This document shows positions 15,413 to 24,295 of a stretch of 33,409 nucleotides of DNA, piece after piece. The notes under the pieces are model-generated. The model did not search any database and was not told the DNA's origin. It saw only the letters and a program-made list of their open reading frames with translations. Numbering within the stretch: the stretch's first letter is position 1; every line of letters starts with the position of its first letter. This stretch comes from Caldilineae bacterium (GTDB taxonomy: Bacteria; Chloroflexota; Anaerolineae; J102), in assembly GCA_011176555.1 (NCBI GenBank), contig DUEF01000001.1:8652-42060 (forward strand), in the 5' to 3' direction. The translations under genes were made by a program, and so were the position numbers.

Positions 15413-17896
15413 TCATGCCGTAGATGTGGCGAACGCCGGGGGAGGTGCGACGCTATCCCGCAAAGAAAGCGCCAGAACCTGATCGAAATGAGAGACCATT
15501 TTTATATCGAGTGCACGGCGGATGTGGCGGGGCACGTCCACCAGGTCTTTTTCGTTGCGTTGGGGGATGATGACCGTCTGCAAGCCGCCGCGATGGGCGG
15601 TGAGCAACTTCTCTTTGAGCCCGCCAATGGGTAACACCCGACCTCTCAGCGTGATCTCGCCCGTCATACCGACTTCCCGGCGCACGGGCCGATTCGTCAG
15701 GGCCGAAACGAGCGCTGTGGCCAGGGTGATGCCGGCTGAGGGGCCATCTTTGGGAATCGCGCCTTCGGGCACGTGGATATGGATGTCCACCTTATCGAAA
15801 TCGAATTCGGAGAAACCGTAGTCTTCGGCGTGGGCGCGGGCGTAGGAGAGGGCTGCCTGAGCGGACTCTTGCATCACATCCCCCAATTGCCCGGTCAAGA
15901 TCAATCCCCCTTTGCCGGGCATGATGATGACCTCGATCTGCATCAAATCACCGCCGGCCTCGGTCCAGGCCAGACTGGTGGAAACGCCAATCTGATCTTC
16001 GGTTTCGATCTTATTTTGCAGGAAACGCTCTGGCCCCAAGTACCGTCGCACACTGTTCGGCGTAACGCGCCGCCGCGCTTTTTTGCCTTCGGCGACGCGC
16101 CGCGCCACTTTGCGACAGATCGACGCCAATTCACGCTCCAGGTTACGCACACCTGCTTCGTAAGTGTAATTCTCGATGATTTCGTTGATCGTTTCTTCGC
16201 CAAATTGAAGGCCGACTTCTTCGAGACCGTGCTCCCTGAGCAAACGAGGAATGATGAATCGCCGCGCAATCAGAATCTTCTCGAAATCAGCATAGCCCGG
16301 GAATTCGATCATTTCCATGCGGTCGAGCAGCGCCAGAGGGATGCTGTAGGGGTTGTTGGCTGTGGCAATGAAGAACACATTGCTGAGATCGTAAGGAACT
16401 TCCAGATAATGATCGCTGAAGGCATAGTTCTGTTCAGGATCGAGCACTTCCAACAAGGCTGATGCCGGGTCGCCGCGGAAATCAAAGCCCATCTTATCGA
16501 CTTCGTCGAGCATGAACACGGGGTTGCTGACGCCCACATTGCGCATGGTCTGGATAATGCGGCCCGGCATGGAGCCAATGTAGGTGCGACGATGTCCGCG
16601 AATTTCCGCCTCGTCGCGCACGCCGCCAAGCGAGATGCGCACGAATTTGCGGCCCAGAGCTTCAGCGACAGATTTGCCCATTGATGTTTTACCGGTTCCA
16701 GGGGGGCCCACAAAGCAAAGGATCGGCGTGCGCATGTTGTCGGCGGCCAGTTTCCGCACGGCGATGTGCTCGATCACTCGCTCTTTGGCTTTCTCCAGGC
16801 CGTAGTGGTGGTCATCGAGCACGCGCTCGGCATGTACGATGTCCATGTTGTCGATCTCTGGCGTTCCCCAGGGCAGGTCGAGCAACCATTCCAGGTAGGT
16901 GCGCACCACGCCGGTCTCGGGCGCCATGGGGGGCATCGCGCCCAGCCGAGACAATTCCTTTTCGGCCTTGGTGCGCACACCGTCCGGCATAGCGGAATCT
17001 TCGATGCGCTGGTGCAACTCGCCGATATCACGAGAGAATTCATCTCCCTCGCCCAATTCATCCTGAATCGCTCGCATTTGTTCCCGCAGGAAGTACTCGC
17101 GCTGCGAGCCATCCATTTGCCGCTGCACCTGCTCGTGGATTTGGTTTTCCAATTCCAGGACATCGAGCTCCTCAGCCAGCAAGACGCTGACTTGTTGCAG
17201 GCGGGCGAGGGGATCGAGAATTTCCAGGATGTGCTGGCGTTTGGCCAGGGTCACATTGAGCGTGGATGTGATGAGATCGGCTAGCCAACCCGGATCTTCC
17301 AGGTTCATGGCCGCCACCAACGCTTCTTCAGGAATGATCTGGCTCAGCAAGACGACCTTCTCGTACAGAACCATGACGGCCCGCATCAGGGGCACGATAT
17401 CGTCGTCGATGATGACCGGAGGTTCCGGTAAACGGCGTCCCACCACGCGTAGATAGGGGCGTTCATGAACGACTTCCAGGATTTCCACGCGGTATTCACC
17501 GTGGCAAAAAAGGCTTTGTGTGCCATCCGGCATGCGCAACACCCGGCCAATCCCCACTTCGGAGCCCATAGTGTAGAGATCATCAATGGCCGGCGTTTCG
17601 ATGCTGGGGTCCCGCTGCGCCACGACCAAAAGAGGCAGGTCGTGGTCTTGCGCCGCCTCAAGCGCCCGGCGCGATTTTTCCCGCCCAATAAACAGCGGCG
17701 CCGCCAGATGGGGAAAAACCACGGTTTCGATGGCGACCAGCACCGGGTATTCCTGGATTAAGTCCTCCGGTTCCAGTTTCGGCGCAGGCGCGTTCATGTT
17801 GACGCTGTCGGGCAGCGTTGCATTCAAAAAGGAGTATTCATCGCTCAAGTACCAAGCGAAGCGGTCAAAGTCGTTTCGATTCAAAAATTCAGTCAT
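15413..17896 (-). CDS. lon: ATP-dependent Lon protease
   Basis: Walker A GPPGTGKTS, DEVDK, sensor regions, and the protease catalytic PKDGPSAG with a downstream K. The ATG at 17896 overlaps the folC stop (TAATG). An alternative ATG at 17797 would remove a 33-aa extension. Confidence 0.93.
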   Translation of the reverse strand: MTEFLNRNDFDRFAWYLSDEYSFLNATLPDSVNMNAPAPKLEPEDLIQEYPVLVAIETVVFPHLAAPLFIGREKSRRALEAAQDHDLPLLVVAQRDPSIETPAIDDLYTMGSEVGIGRVLRMPDGTQSLFCHGEYRVEILEVVHERPYLRVVGRRLPEPPVIIDDDIVPLMRAVMVLYEKVVLLSQIIPEEALVAAMNLEDPGWLADLITSTLNVTLAKRQHILEILDPLARLQQVSVLLAEELDVLELENQIHEQVQRQMDGSQREYFLREQMRAIQDELGEGDEFSRDIGELHQRIEDSAMPDGVRTKAEKELSRLGAMPPMAPETGVVRTYLEWLLDLPWGTPEIDNMDIVHAERVLDDHHYGLEKAKERVIEHIAVRKLAADNMRTPILCFVGPPGTGKTSMGKSVAEALGRKFVRISLGGVRDEAEIRGHRRTYIGSMPGRIIQTMRNVGVSNPVFMLDEVDKMGFDFRGDPASALLEVLDPEQNYAFSDHYLEVPYDLSNVFFIATANNPYSIPLALLDRMEMIEFPGYADFEKILIARRFIIPRLLREHGLEEVGLQFGEETINEIIENYTYEAGVRNLERELASICRKVARRVAEGKKARRRVTPNSVRRYLGPERFLQNKIETEDQIGVSTSLAWTEAGGDLMQIEVIIMPGKGGLILTGQLGDVMQESAQAALSYARAHAEDYGFSEFDFDKVDIHIHVPEGAIPKDGPSAGITLATALVSALTNRPVRREVGMTGEITLRGRVLPIGGLKEKLLTAHRGGLQTVIIPQRNEKDLVDVPRHIRRALDIKMVSHFDQVLALSLRDSVAPPPAFATSTA

Positions 17897-19320
17897 TAAG
17901 GTTTTCGTCCGAGGCTAATCATTTGCTCGGGGCTTTTCAACATGGGCGTGAATTCGCCGTCGATGGGTTCAGATTGATAAACCCAATCGTCTGGCGAGAA
18001 AGAGAGAGGGTGTAATGCCAGCCAGCTTTCGCGCGTCGCCGCCACCACGAAGATAGAGCCGGTCACCAGAATCATGTCGCCTGGTTCGGCCAGGAATTCC
18101 GCTAATTGGATGGCAGGCAAAGCGTCATCGGTGACGTGTACAGAGGTTGTGGGGGCGATGGCGTGGGCCAGTTGCGCCAACATTTCGACATCCGCCGCTC
18201 GGGGATGAAAACTGCGCGTGACGATAATGGCGGACGCATCTTTGCCCAACACTTCCAGCATTCCCTCGATGTCCTTGTCGGCCGAGGCGCCAAAGAGCAA
18301 GATGAGACGGCGGTGGGGAAACAGTTCCAGCGCTTTTTGTAACCGTTCGGCGCTGTGATGATTGTGGGCGCTGTCGAGTACGATAAGTGGATCATCACTC
18401 AGGCGTTCCAATCGGCCAGGCCAGTACGTTTCGGCCAACCCCTGGCGAATGGCGTCCTCCGAAATGGCTACGCCATCTTCTCTCAAGGTTTGAATCAATG
18501 CCACCGCCACCGTGGCGTTAGCCGCCTGATGATCGCCAACAAGGGGGATTTGCAGGCCTCGCCAATGAGTGTCCGGACCATTTATGTCCACAATGACGCT
18601 GCGCTCCGTACTCTGTTGTATTTCCCAGCGCCATTCTTCACCCACCCGCCAGAGCCTGGCCCCAGCCTGATGTGCGATGTCCTCGATTACAGCCATGGCC
18701 TCGGGCGCTTGCGGCCCCACCACCACCGGAACGCCGGCTTTGATGATGCCAGCCTTTTCGAAGGCGATAAGACTGAGGGTGTGTCCCAATAAATCCGTGT
18801 GTTCGTAGCTCAGCGAGGTGATGGCGCAGGCGCGGGGATGCACCACGTTGGTGGCGTCCAGCCGTCCGCCCAGGCCCACTTCGAGCACGGCCCAATCCAC
18901 GGTAGGCTCTACGAAGTGCATAAACGCCAAAGCCGTAATGATCTCGAATGTCGTGGTCTGTTCGAGCGCCTTGGCGTGAGGGCGCAGGCGTTCCCACAAC
19001 TTGACCAGGCGTTCCTGAGAGATGAGCTGACCATCGATGCGCATCCGTTCGCGAAAGCTGTGTAGGTGCGGGGATGTGTACAAGCCCGATCTGTAACCCG
19101 CCGCCCGGAGAATCGAGTCTGTCATGGCGGCGGTGGAGCCTTTCCCCTTGCTGCCAGCAATATGCACCGAGGGAAAGCGGTCTTGCGGATTGTCGAGGCG
19201 CTCACACAAGTGACGCATTCGATCCAGGTTGTAAGTGCTGGCGTTGTACGGGATCTGGCGCGTGCGACTGTAATCGACGTGTGAGAAGATGTCGGAGAGG
19301 GTTTGTTGGTAATTAAGCAT
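17896..19320 (-). CDS. folC: bifunctional folylpolyglutamate synthase / dihydrofolate synthase
   Basis: Mur-ligase P-loop HIAGSKGKGST, TSPHL, and TSLSYEHTDLLG. I chose the ATG at 19320 (MLNYQQTL...) because the upstream ORF extension has no FolC-like sequence. Confidence 0.88.
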   Translation of the reverse strand: MLNYQQTLSDIFSHVDYSRTRQIPYNASTYNLDRMRHLCERLDNPQDRFPSVHIAGSKGKGSTAAMTDSILRAAGYRSGLYTSPHLHSFRERMRIDGQLISQERLVKLWERLRPHAKALEQTTTFEIITALAFMHFVEPTVDWAVLEVGLGGRLDATNVVHPRACAITSLSYEHTDLLGHTLSLIAFEKAGIIKAGVPVVVGPQAPEAMAVIEDIAHQAGARLWRVGEEWRWEIQQSTERSVIVDINGPDTHWRGLQIPLVGDHQAANATVAVALIQTLREDGVAISEDAIRQGLAETYWPGRLERLSDDPLIVLDSAHNHHSAERLQKALELFPHRRLILLFGASADKDIEGMLEVLGKDASAIIVTRSFHPRAADVEMLAQLAHAIAPTTSVHVTDDALPAIQLAEFLAEPGDMILVTGSIFVVAATRESWLALHPLSFSPDDWVYQSEPIDGEFTPMLKSPEQMISLGRKP

Positions 19321-19491
19321 GGCGGGAATGGACTCAAGGAAAACCTGTTTGCGGATAAACCAAGTCATTTTAGCCCAAGGACGGGGAAAAGTAAAAAGAG
19401 ATTGCGGGTTTGGGATGATGAGATGAAGGTGGATGTCGTTTCTCCTGTTCAAGTGGTGTAAAATAGGCGGAGACGTTATCATCGCTAGAAG

Positions 19492-19520
19492 TTGCCATCA
19501 TCGCATTCTGCACCTATTCT
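19492..19520 (+). promoter_or_regulatory. candidate promoter TTGCCA-17-TATTCT ending 6 nt before the mazG-like ATG
   Basis: Hexamers and the 17-nt spacing were read directly. No room for an SD. Confidence 0.4.
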
Positions 19521-19526
19521 TAAACT

Positions 19527-19859
19527 ATGACACTTTCACTCAACGATTACCAACAACTGGCCCTGCGCACGGCAGGCAATCATGGCGATTTCGACCGCAC
19601 GCTCATGTACACCGCGCCTGGTCTCAACGGAGAGGCCGGTGAAGTGGCCGAAATGATCAAAAAAGCCTTCTTTCACGGCCATAATCTGGACTACGACAAA
19701 CTGAAAAAGGAATTGGGCGATGTGCTCTGGTACGCGGCTGTGATGGCCGATGCGCTGGACATGCCCCTGGCCGAAGTCGCCCAACACAACATCGACAAGC
19801 TCGCCCGCCGTTATCCCGAAGGTTTCTCTCAGGAACGCTCCCGCAATCGCCAGGAGTAG
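19527..19859 (+). CDS. MazG-like nucleotide pyrophosphohydrolase (small all-alpha NTP-PPase)
   Basis: LNDYQQLALRT..., GLNGEAGEVAE..., ELGDVLWY..., N..KL..R: the EExxE-type MazG core. Confidence 0.8.
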   Translation: MTLSLNDYQQLALRTAGNHGDFDRTLMYTAPGLNGEAGEVAEMIKKAFFHGHNLDYDKLKKELGDVLWYAAVMADALDMPLAEVAQHNIDKLARRYPEGFSQERSRNRQE

Positions 19860-19893
19860 ACCGGGAAACGACTTGCCACCTGCCACCCGCCCC

Positions 19894-21798
19894 ATGTCCC
19901 CGCGCCTGACCCGCCTGATCCTGCTGGCGATCATCCTCTTGGCTTTCGCCCTGCGATTGTACGAGATCGACGCGCAGAGCTTTTGGTACGATGAAGGCGT
20001 GACCGCACAAGTGGCGCGCTTGGGCGTCCGCGAGTTGGCACGCTGGACGGCCGACGACATCCAGCCGCCCCTGTACTACCTGCTGGTCGACGGTTGGTTG
20101 CGGCTCAATCCTTTCGGCGAGGGCATTTTGCGTTGGCCATCCGCGGCCTTCGGGACGCTGCTCATCCCCTTGCTGTGGGCGCTGGGCAGGCGGCTGTGGG
20201 ATGACAGGGCCGGGCTGCTGGCGGCGCTGGTCGGGGCCACCTCGCCGCTGATGGTGTACTACGGCCAGGAAGCGCGCATGTACGCGCTGCTGGTGACGCT
20301 GGTGACGCTGGCCGCGCTGGTGGTGGTCAGGTTGTTAGATCGGGGCGCAGAAAAACGGTGGGGCTTGCTCCTGGCTTATGCGCTGGCGGGCCTGGCGGCG
20401 ATGTACACCCACTATTTCGCCGGATTCGCTTTGCTGGCGCTGGCGCTTTATTGGGGAACCGTGTGGTGGCGGACGGGGCGAGAACGCCGTCGGCTGGGTG
20501 AATTCGCGCTTGTCAACGCCGTCATCTTGCTGGGCTACCTGCCCTGGCTGCCCGCCATGTTCAACCGCTTCGCGGTCGATAGCAGCTACTGGTCGGGCAC
20601 ACTGAAACTGGGCGAGGCCCTGTTGGATGTGGTTATGAACTTCACGGTGGGGGCCACTGAAGTCATGCTGGAGGGCGACGCCCGCGCCTGGCTGCCCTGG
20701 TTTGGTCTGGCCGCCCTGGCCTGGTTGGTGGCCATCGCCGTGGGCTACCGCCGCGGCGATCACAGAAACGCACAACGACCGCTGGCGTTGCTCCTGCTGT
20801 GGGGCTTGCTCCCCACCTTCCTGATCCTGTCCCTGGCCTTCCGCACGCCCAAATTCAACGCCCGCTACCTGATGGTGAGTTGGCCGGCCTGGGCCTTGCT
20901 CGCTGGCGGGGGCGTCGCCAATCTTTGGTCTGTGACCCGGCGCTCGTCCGGCGCGTCACGTTTTACGGTTTACGCGTTACGAATGCTAGCCATCCTCAGC
21001 GTGTTCCTGCTGCTCCTCGCCCACGCCCAGGGTCTGAGCAACTGGTTCAACGACGACAATTTCGCCAAATCCGCCTGGCGCGAGGCCATCATGGAGATGT
21101 ACGCCCATCGCCAGGATGATGAAACCGTCCTGCTCGTGTCTGGCCACGCCTATCCCGTTTTCGATACCTACATTCCGCCCCGGTTCGGCGTCGAGCGCCA
21201 GCGGCTCCCGGAACTGGAAATTCTGGATGTGAATCAGGTGCTGGGGTGGGAGGAAACCGCGCGGGCGCTCAACCAATATCTGGCGGGCAAGGGCGGCGTG
21301 TGGCTGTTCCTGTGGCAGGATGAAGTCGTGGACCCCACCAACGTCACTGTCACCCTGCTCGCTCGCTATGCCGACCCGCAACCCGCGCCCGACTACGCCT
21401 ATCTTGATTTGCGCCACTACCGCCTGCGTCCCGGCCAATCCTTCCCCGAACAGCCTCCGACCAACGGGCCGCAAGTGGATTTCGGCGGACAATTGCGGCT
21501 GGTCGGCATCGAAAGGGGCGAGGGCGGGCTGTGGCTGTACTGGCGCGCGCTTCAGCCTGATTTGCCCGATATCCAAATCGCGATGACAATCACTGACGAA
21601 GCAGGCGAGACGCTGTTCGAGCAGGACGCCCGTCCCGCCGGCTACGATTTCCCCACCACGCGCTGGCAGGTGGGCGAGACCTATCCTGCCTGGTTGCCCC
21701 TGGATGCCGCCGATCAGGCCTTGCGCATCCGCTTGCTCGCTTACGACGCAGCCACAGGTGAGCGGATAGCGGAGCAGACGGTCGAGCTCGCACCATGA
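19894..21798 (+). CDS. GT39/ArnT-like membrane glycosyltransferase
   Basis: N-terminus LAFALRLYEIDAQSFWYDEG..., a multi-TM body of about 11 or more segments, and a soluble C-terminal domain. The ATG at 19894 avoids overlap with the mazG-like gene. Confidence 0.75.
   Translation: MSPRLTRLILLAIILLAFALRLYEIDAQSFWYDEGVTAQVARLGVRELARWTADDIQPPLYYLLVDGWLRLNPFGEGILRWPSAAFGTLLIPLLWALGRRLWDDRAGLLAALVGATSPLMVYYGQEARMYALLVTLVTLAALVVVRLLDRGAEKRWGLLLAYALAGLAAMYTHYFAGFALLALALYWGTVWWRTGRERRRLGEFALVNAVILLGYLPWLPAMFNRFAVDSSYWSGTLKLGEALLDVVMNFTVGATEVMLEGDARAWLPWFGLAALAWLVAIAVGYRRGDHRNAQRPLALLLLWGLLPTFLILSLAFRTPKFNARYLMVSWPAWALLAGGGVANLWSVTRRSSGASRFTVYALRMLAILSVFLLLLAHAQGLSNWFNDDNFAKSAWREAIMEMYAHRQDDETVLLVSGHAYPVFDTYIPPRFGVERQRLPELEILDVNQVLGWEETARALNQYLAGKGGVWLFLWQDEVVDPTNVTVTLLARYADPQPAPDYAYLDLRHYRLRPGQSFPEQPPTNGPQVDFGGQLRLVGIERGEGGLWLYWRALQPDLPDIQIAMTITDEAGETLFEQDARPAGYDFPTTRWQVGETYPAWLPLDAADQALRIRLLAYDAATGERIAEQTVELAP
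20958..20985. repeat. four ACG-anchored heptamers inside the GT39 CDS
   Basis: acgtttt acggttt acgcgtt acgaatg, read directly. Encodes RFTVYALRM. Confidence 0.6.
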
Positions 21799-21836
21799 TC
21801 GCCGCTGCTGCGCCTGCCAAGAATCCCTCCTGACTC

Positions 21837-21901
21837 AACCTCCGGGAGGTGGCCAACACCTCTTCGTTTGTCGGGACCTTAGCGGCCACCTCCCGGAGGT
21901 T
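21837..21901. repeat. perfect 18-bp inverted repeat with a 29-nt spacer; each arm contains the near-palindrome acctcc-g-ggaggt
   Basis: aacctccgggaggtggcc (21837-21854) is the exact reverse complement of ggccacctcccggaggtt (21884-21901). Four more bp are possible beyond a 1-nt bulge (21832-21835 / 21902-21905). No U-tract follows. Confidence 0.85.
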
Positions 21902-21943
21902 AGTCTTGGACGACCACTAAGTTGGTTCTTGACCCCTGTCGTT

Positions 21944-21952
21944 TGATAGAAT
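21944..21952 (+). promoter_or_regulatory. extended -10 element TGATAGAAT, 7 nt upstream of the lipoprotein ATG
   Basis: ...gtttgatagaatggtaaccATGtca. The nearest TTGACC lies only 12 nt upstream, which is too close for a standard -35. Confidence 0.4.
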
Positions 21953-21959
21953 GGTAACC

Positions 21960-23300
21960 ATGTCACTTCCATCCCCTCCCAAGTCCAGTCTCGTGCACCA
22001 CACACCACGCACTACGCACCACGCTTTACGCTTCGCGTCCCTGCTCGCACTCGCTTTCCTGCTGGCGCTCCTCCTCTCCGCCTGCAACAGCGGCCCCCTC
22101 GTCACCGACGCCAGCATCGAGCCCACCACCATCAGTCCCAACGCGGATGGCGACACCGACGTCGCCCGCATCGCCTACACCATCCGCCGTCCCAGCGACG
22201 TTTCCATTTATTTTGTGGACGAGACGGGCGCAAAGCATTACTTCCGCAAGGAGCAACACCGTGGCGACCGCGCTTACAACGTGCTCTGGGGGGGCGTCAT
22301 CGATGGCCGGGTCTTGCCCGATGGTGAATACAGGTGGGTGATCGAGGCCACCGATGAGGCCGGGAACAGCGATCAGGTCGAGGGAAAGATAACCATCGTG
22401 GATGCCGACACCGAAGCGCCCGAGTTCCAGAACTTCTCGGTCAATCCCGCTGTGATCACGCCCAACCAGGACGGCATCGACGACCGCGCTTCGATCACCT
22501 ACTGGCTGACCAAAGAAGTGGAGGAAATACAGGTCTATTTGTTCGATCCCTCCGATCCCGACAACACAGACCCTGACAACCCCAGCCGCAAGCAACCCCT
22601 GATCGAAGATGAACGCGAGGTCAAGTCCACCGAGCCCGGCTACCATTACTACGATTACGATGGCGGCATCGATTTGGGTGCGGACCCGCCGCCCGATGGC
22701 GATTACATCGTGGTGGCCGAAGCCAGGGACGCCGTGGGCAACCACACCAAAGTCACCAGCACGTTGACCATCAAAAATGGCGGCAAGCCCCGCGCCGACA
22801 TCGTCCAGGGCGAAGTGACGATGCTCGACCCGGTCGATGGTGACCTGAACATCCCCATCGGCGGCTCGTTGGTGTTTACGGCCACCATCGAGAACTACGG
22901 CAATGTGCCAATCCGCACGGCCGGCCCCTGGCCCGGCACGGTCTACCGATCCGACCAGAATTTCAACACCCTGGCCTACGAATATGACGAGGAAAGTTGG
23001 TTCGAGCAGTCGGGCACGTGGCGCTTCGCCCTCAACTTCCAGTCCAATTTCGGGCAGGATTTCCCCTTCCGCTACGCAGTGGGCCGTCCCGAAGACCTCC
23101 GCTGTGAGATCATCGATGGCCGGGAACAGTGCTTTTTGGACCCGGGCAAGCGCGGCCTGGTCTACGGAACCATCATCTGGGTGGACGCGCCCGCTCGCAA
23201 TCCCTTCCGCATTTGGGGCGGCCTTTTGCACGAGGATGTGGCCGTGTTCAACAACTTCGCCGATGTGCAGGAAGTGGAAATCGCCGATCCAAAGCAGTAG
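21960..23300 (+). CDS. lipoprotein with two FlgD-Ig-like (SPNxDGxxD) domains and a C-terminal domain of unknown function
   Basis: Lipobox LLLSAC after a hydrophobic core. ISPNADGDTDVARIAYTI and ITPNQDGIDDRASITYWL each sit in Ig-like repeats. The ATG at 21951 lies inside the putative -10, so I preferred 21960. GTG at 21993 is also possible. Confidence 0.7.
   Translation: MSLPSPPKSSLVHHTPRTTHHALRFASLLALAFLLALLLSACNSGPLVTDASIEPTTISPNADGDTDVARIAYTIRRPSDVSIYFVDETGAKHYFRKEQHRGDRAYNVLWGGVIDGRVLPDGEYRWVIEATDEAGNSDQVEGKITIVDADTEAPEFQNFSVNPAVITPNQDGIDDRASITYWLTKEVEEIQVYLFDPSDPDNTDPDNPSRKQPLIEDEREVKSTEPGYHYYDYDGGIDLGADPPPDGDYIVVAEARDAVGNHTKVTSTLTIKNGGKPRADIVQGEVTMLDPVDGDLNIPIGGSLVFTATIENYGNVPIRTAGPWPGTVYRSDQNFNTLAYEYDEESWFEQSGTWRFALNFQSNFGQDFPFRYAVGRPEDLRCEIIDGREQCFLDPGKRGLVYGTIIWVDAPARNPFRIWGGLLHEDVAVFNNFADVQEVEIADPKQ
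21993..22034. repeat. six tandem heptamers (gtgcacc acacacc acgcact acgcacc acgcttt acgcttc) at the 5' end of the lipoprotein CDS
   Basis: Read directly, 42 nt. Translated with a 21-nt (7-aa) super-period as HHTPRTT HHALRFA. Confidence 0.75.
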
Positions 23301-23305
23301 CCTCC

Positions 23306-24295
23306 ATGAACCTCGGCGTCGTCATCGTCAGCTACAACGTGCGGGAACTCCTGCGGGGCTGTCTGACCTCACTGTTTGCCGACATCACCCGCACGCCCGG
23401 GCTGGCGGCGCAGGTGGTGGTGGTCGATAACGATTCGGCGGATGGCAGCGCCGACATGGTGGCGGCAGCCTTTCCGCAGGTCAGGCTTTTCGCCAACAAG
23501 GAGAATCTGGGCTTTGCCGGAGGCAACAATCAGGGCCTGCGCCACCTGGGATTCGGCGAGACTGAGCCTTCGGCTCACCGCCCCGACGCGGCGCTGCTGC
23601 TCAACCCCGATACCGAAGTCCAGCCGGGCGCAATGGCCGCCATGACCGGATTCCTCAGCGAGCATCCGGCTGCGGGCGGCTGCGGCGCGCGCCTCGATTA
23701 TCCTGACGGCAGTCTTCAGCACAGCGCGTTTCACTTTCCCGGCCTGATGCAGCTCTTTCTCGACCTTTATCCTGTTCACCACCGCCTGCTCGACTCCCGC
23801 CTGAACGGCCGTTATCCCCGCCGCCTCTACGATGGCGACCGGCCTTTCGCCATCGATTTCGCCCTGGGCGCGGCCCTGATGGTGCGGGCCGAAGCCATCA
23901 CCGACGCGGGGCTGTTGGACGAAGGCTACTTCATGTACGCCGAAGAAATGGACTGGCAGCACCGCCTCCAGGCCGCAGGCTGGCCCCTGTACTGCGTACC
24001 CAGCGCCCGCATCACCCATTACGAAGGGCAGAGCGCCCGGCAGTTCCGCGGCCGCATGACCGTGGCCTTGTGGCGCTCGCGCCTGCGCTACTACGACCGC
24101 TATTATCCGGCCTGGAAACGCCGCGCCGCCCGTTGGCTCATCGCCCGCGGCATGAAATCGAAGGCGAACGCCGCCCGCGCCGCCAATGCCCACGGCGAGA
24201 TCGACGAGCAGCAGCTTGGCGAGCAACTGGATGCCTACCGCCAGGTGGCTGGTTTTCTCCAAACAAACAACAACCATGCCCGACCATCCGACTGA
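23306..24295 (+). CDS. family 2 glycosyltransferase
   Basis: N-terminus VVIVSYNVRELLRGCL..., VVVDNDSADGS, and NLGFAGGNN, followed by a DxD-like region. Confidence 0.85.
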   Translation: MNLGVVIVSYNVRELLRGCLTSLFADITRTPGLAAQVVVVDNDSADGSADMVAAAFPQVRLFANKENLGFAGGNNQGLRHLGFGETEPSAHRPDAALLLNPDTEVQPGAMAAMTGFLSEHPAAGGCGARLDYPDGSLQHSAFHFPGLMQLFLDLYPVHHRLLDSRLNGRYPRRLYDGDRPFAIDFALGAALMVRAEAITDAGLLDEGYFMYAEEMDWQHRLQAAGWPLYCVPSARITHYEGQSARQFRGRMTVALWRSRLRYYDRYYPAWKRRAARWLIARGMKSKANAARAANAHGEIDEQQLGEQLDAYRQVAGFLQTNNNHARPSD

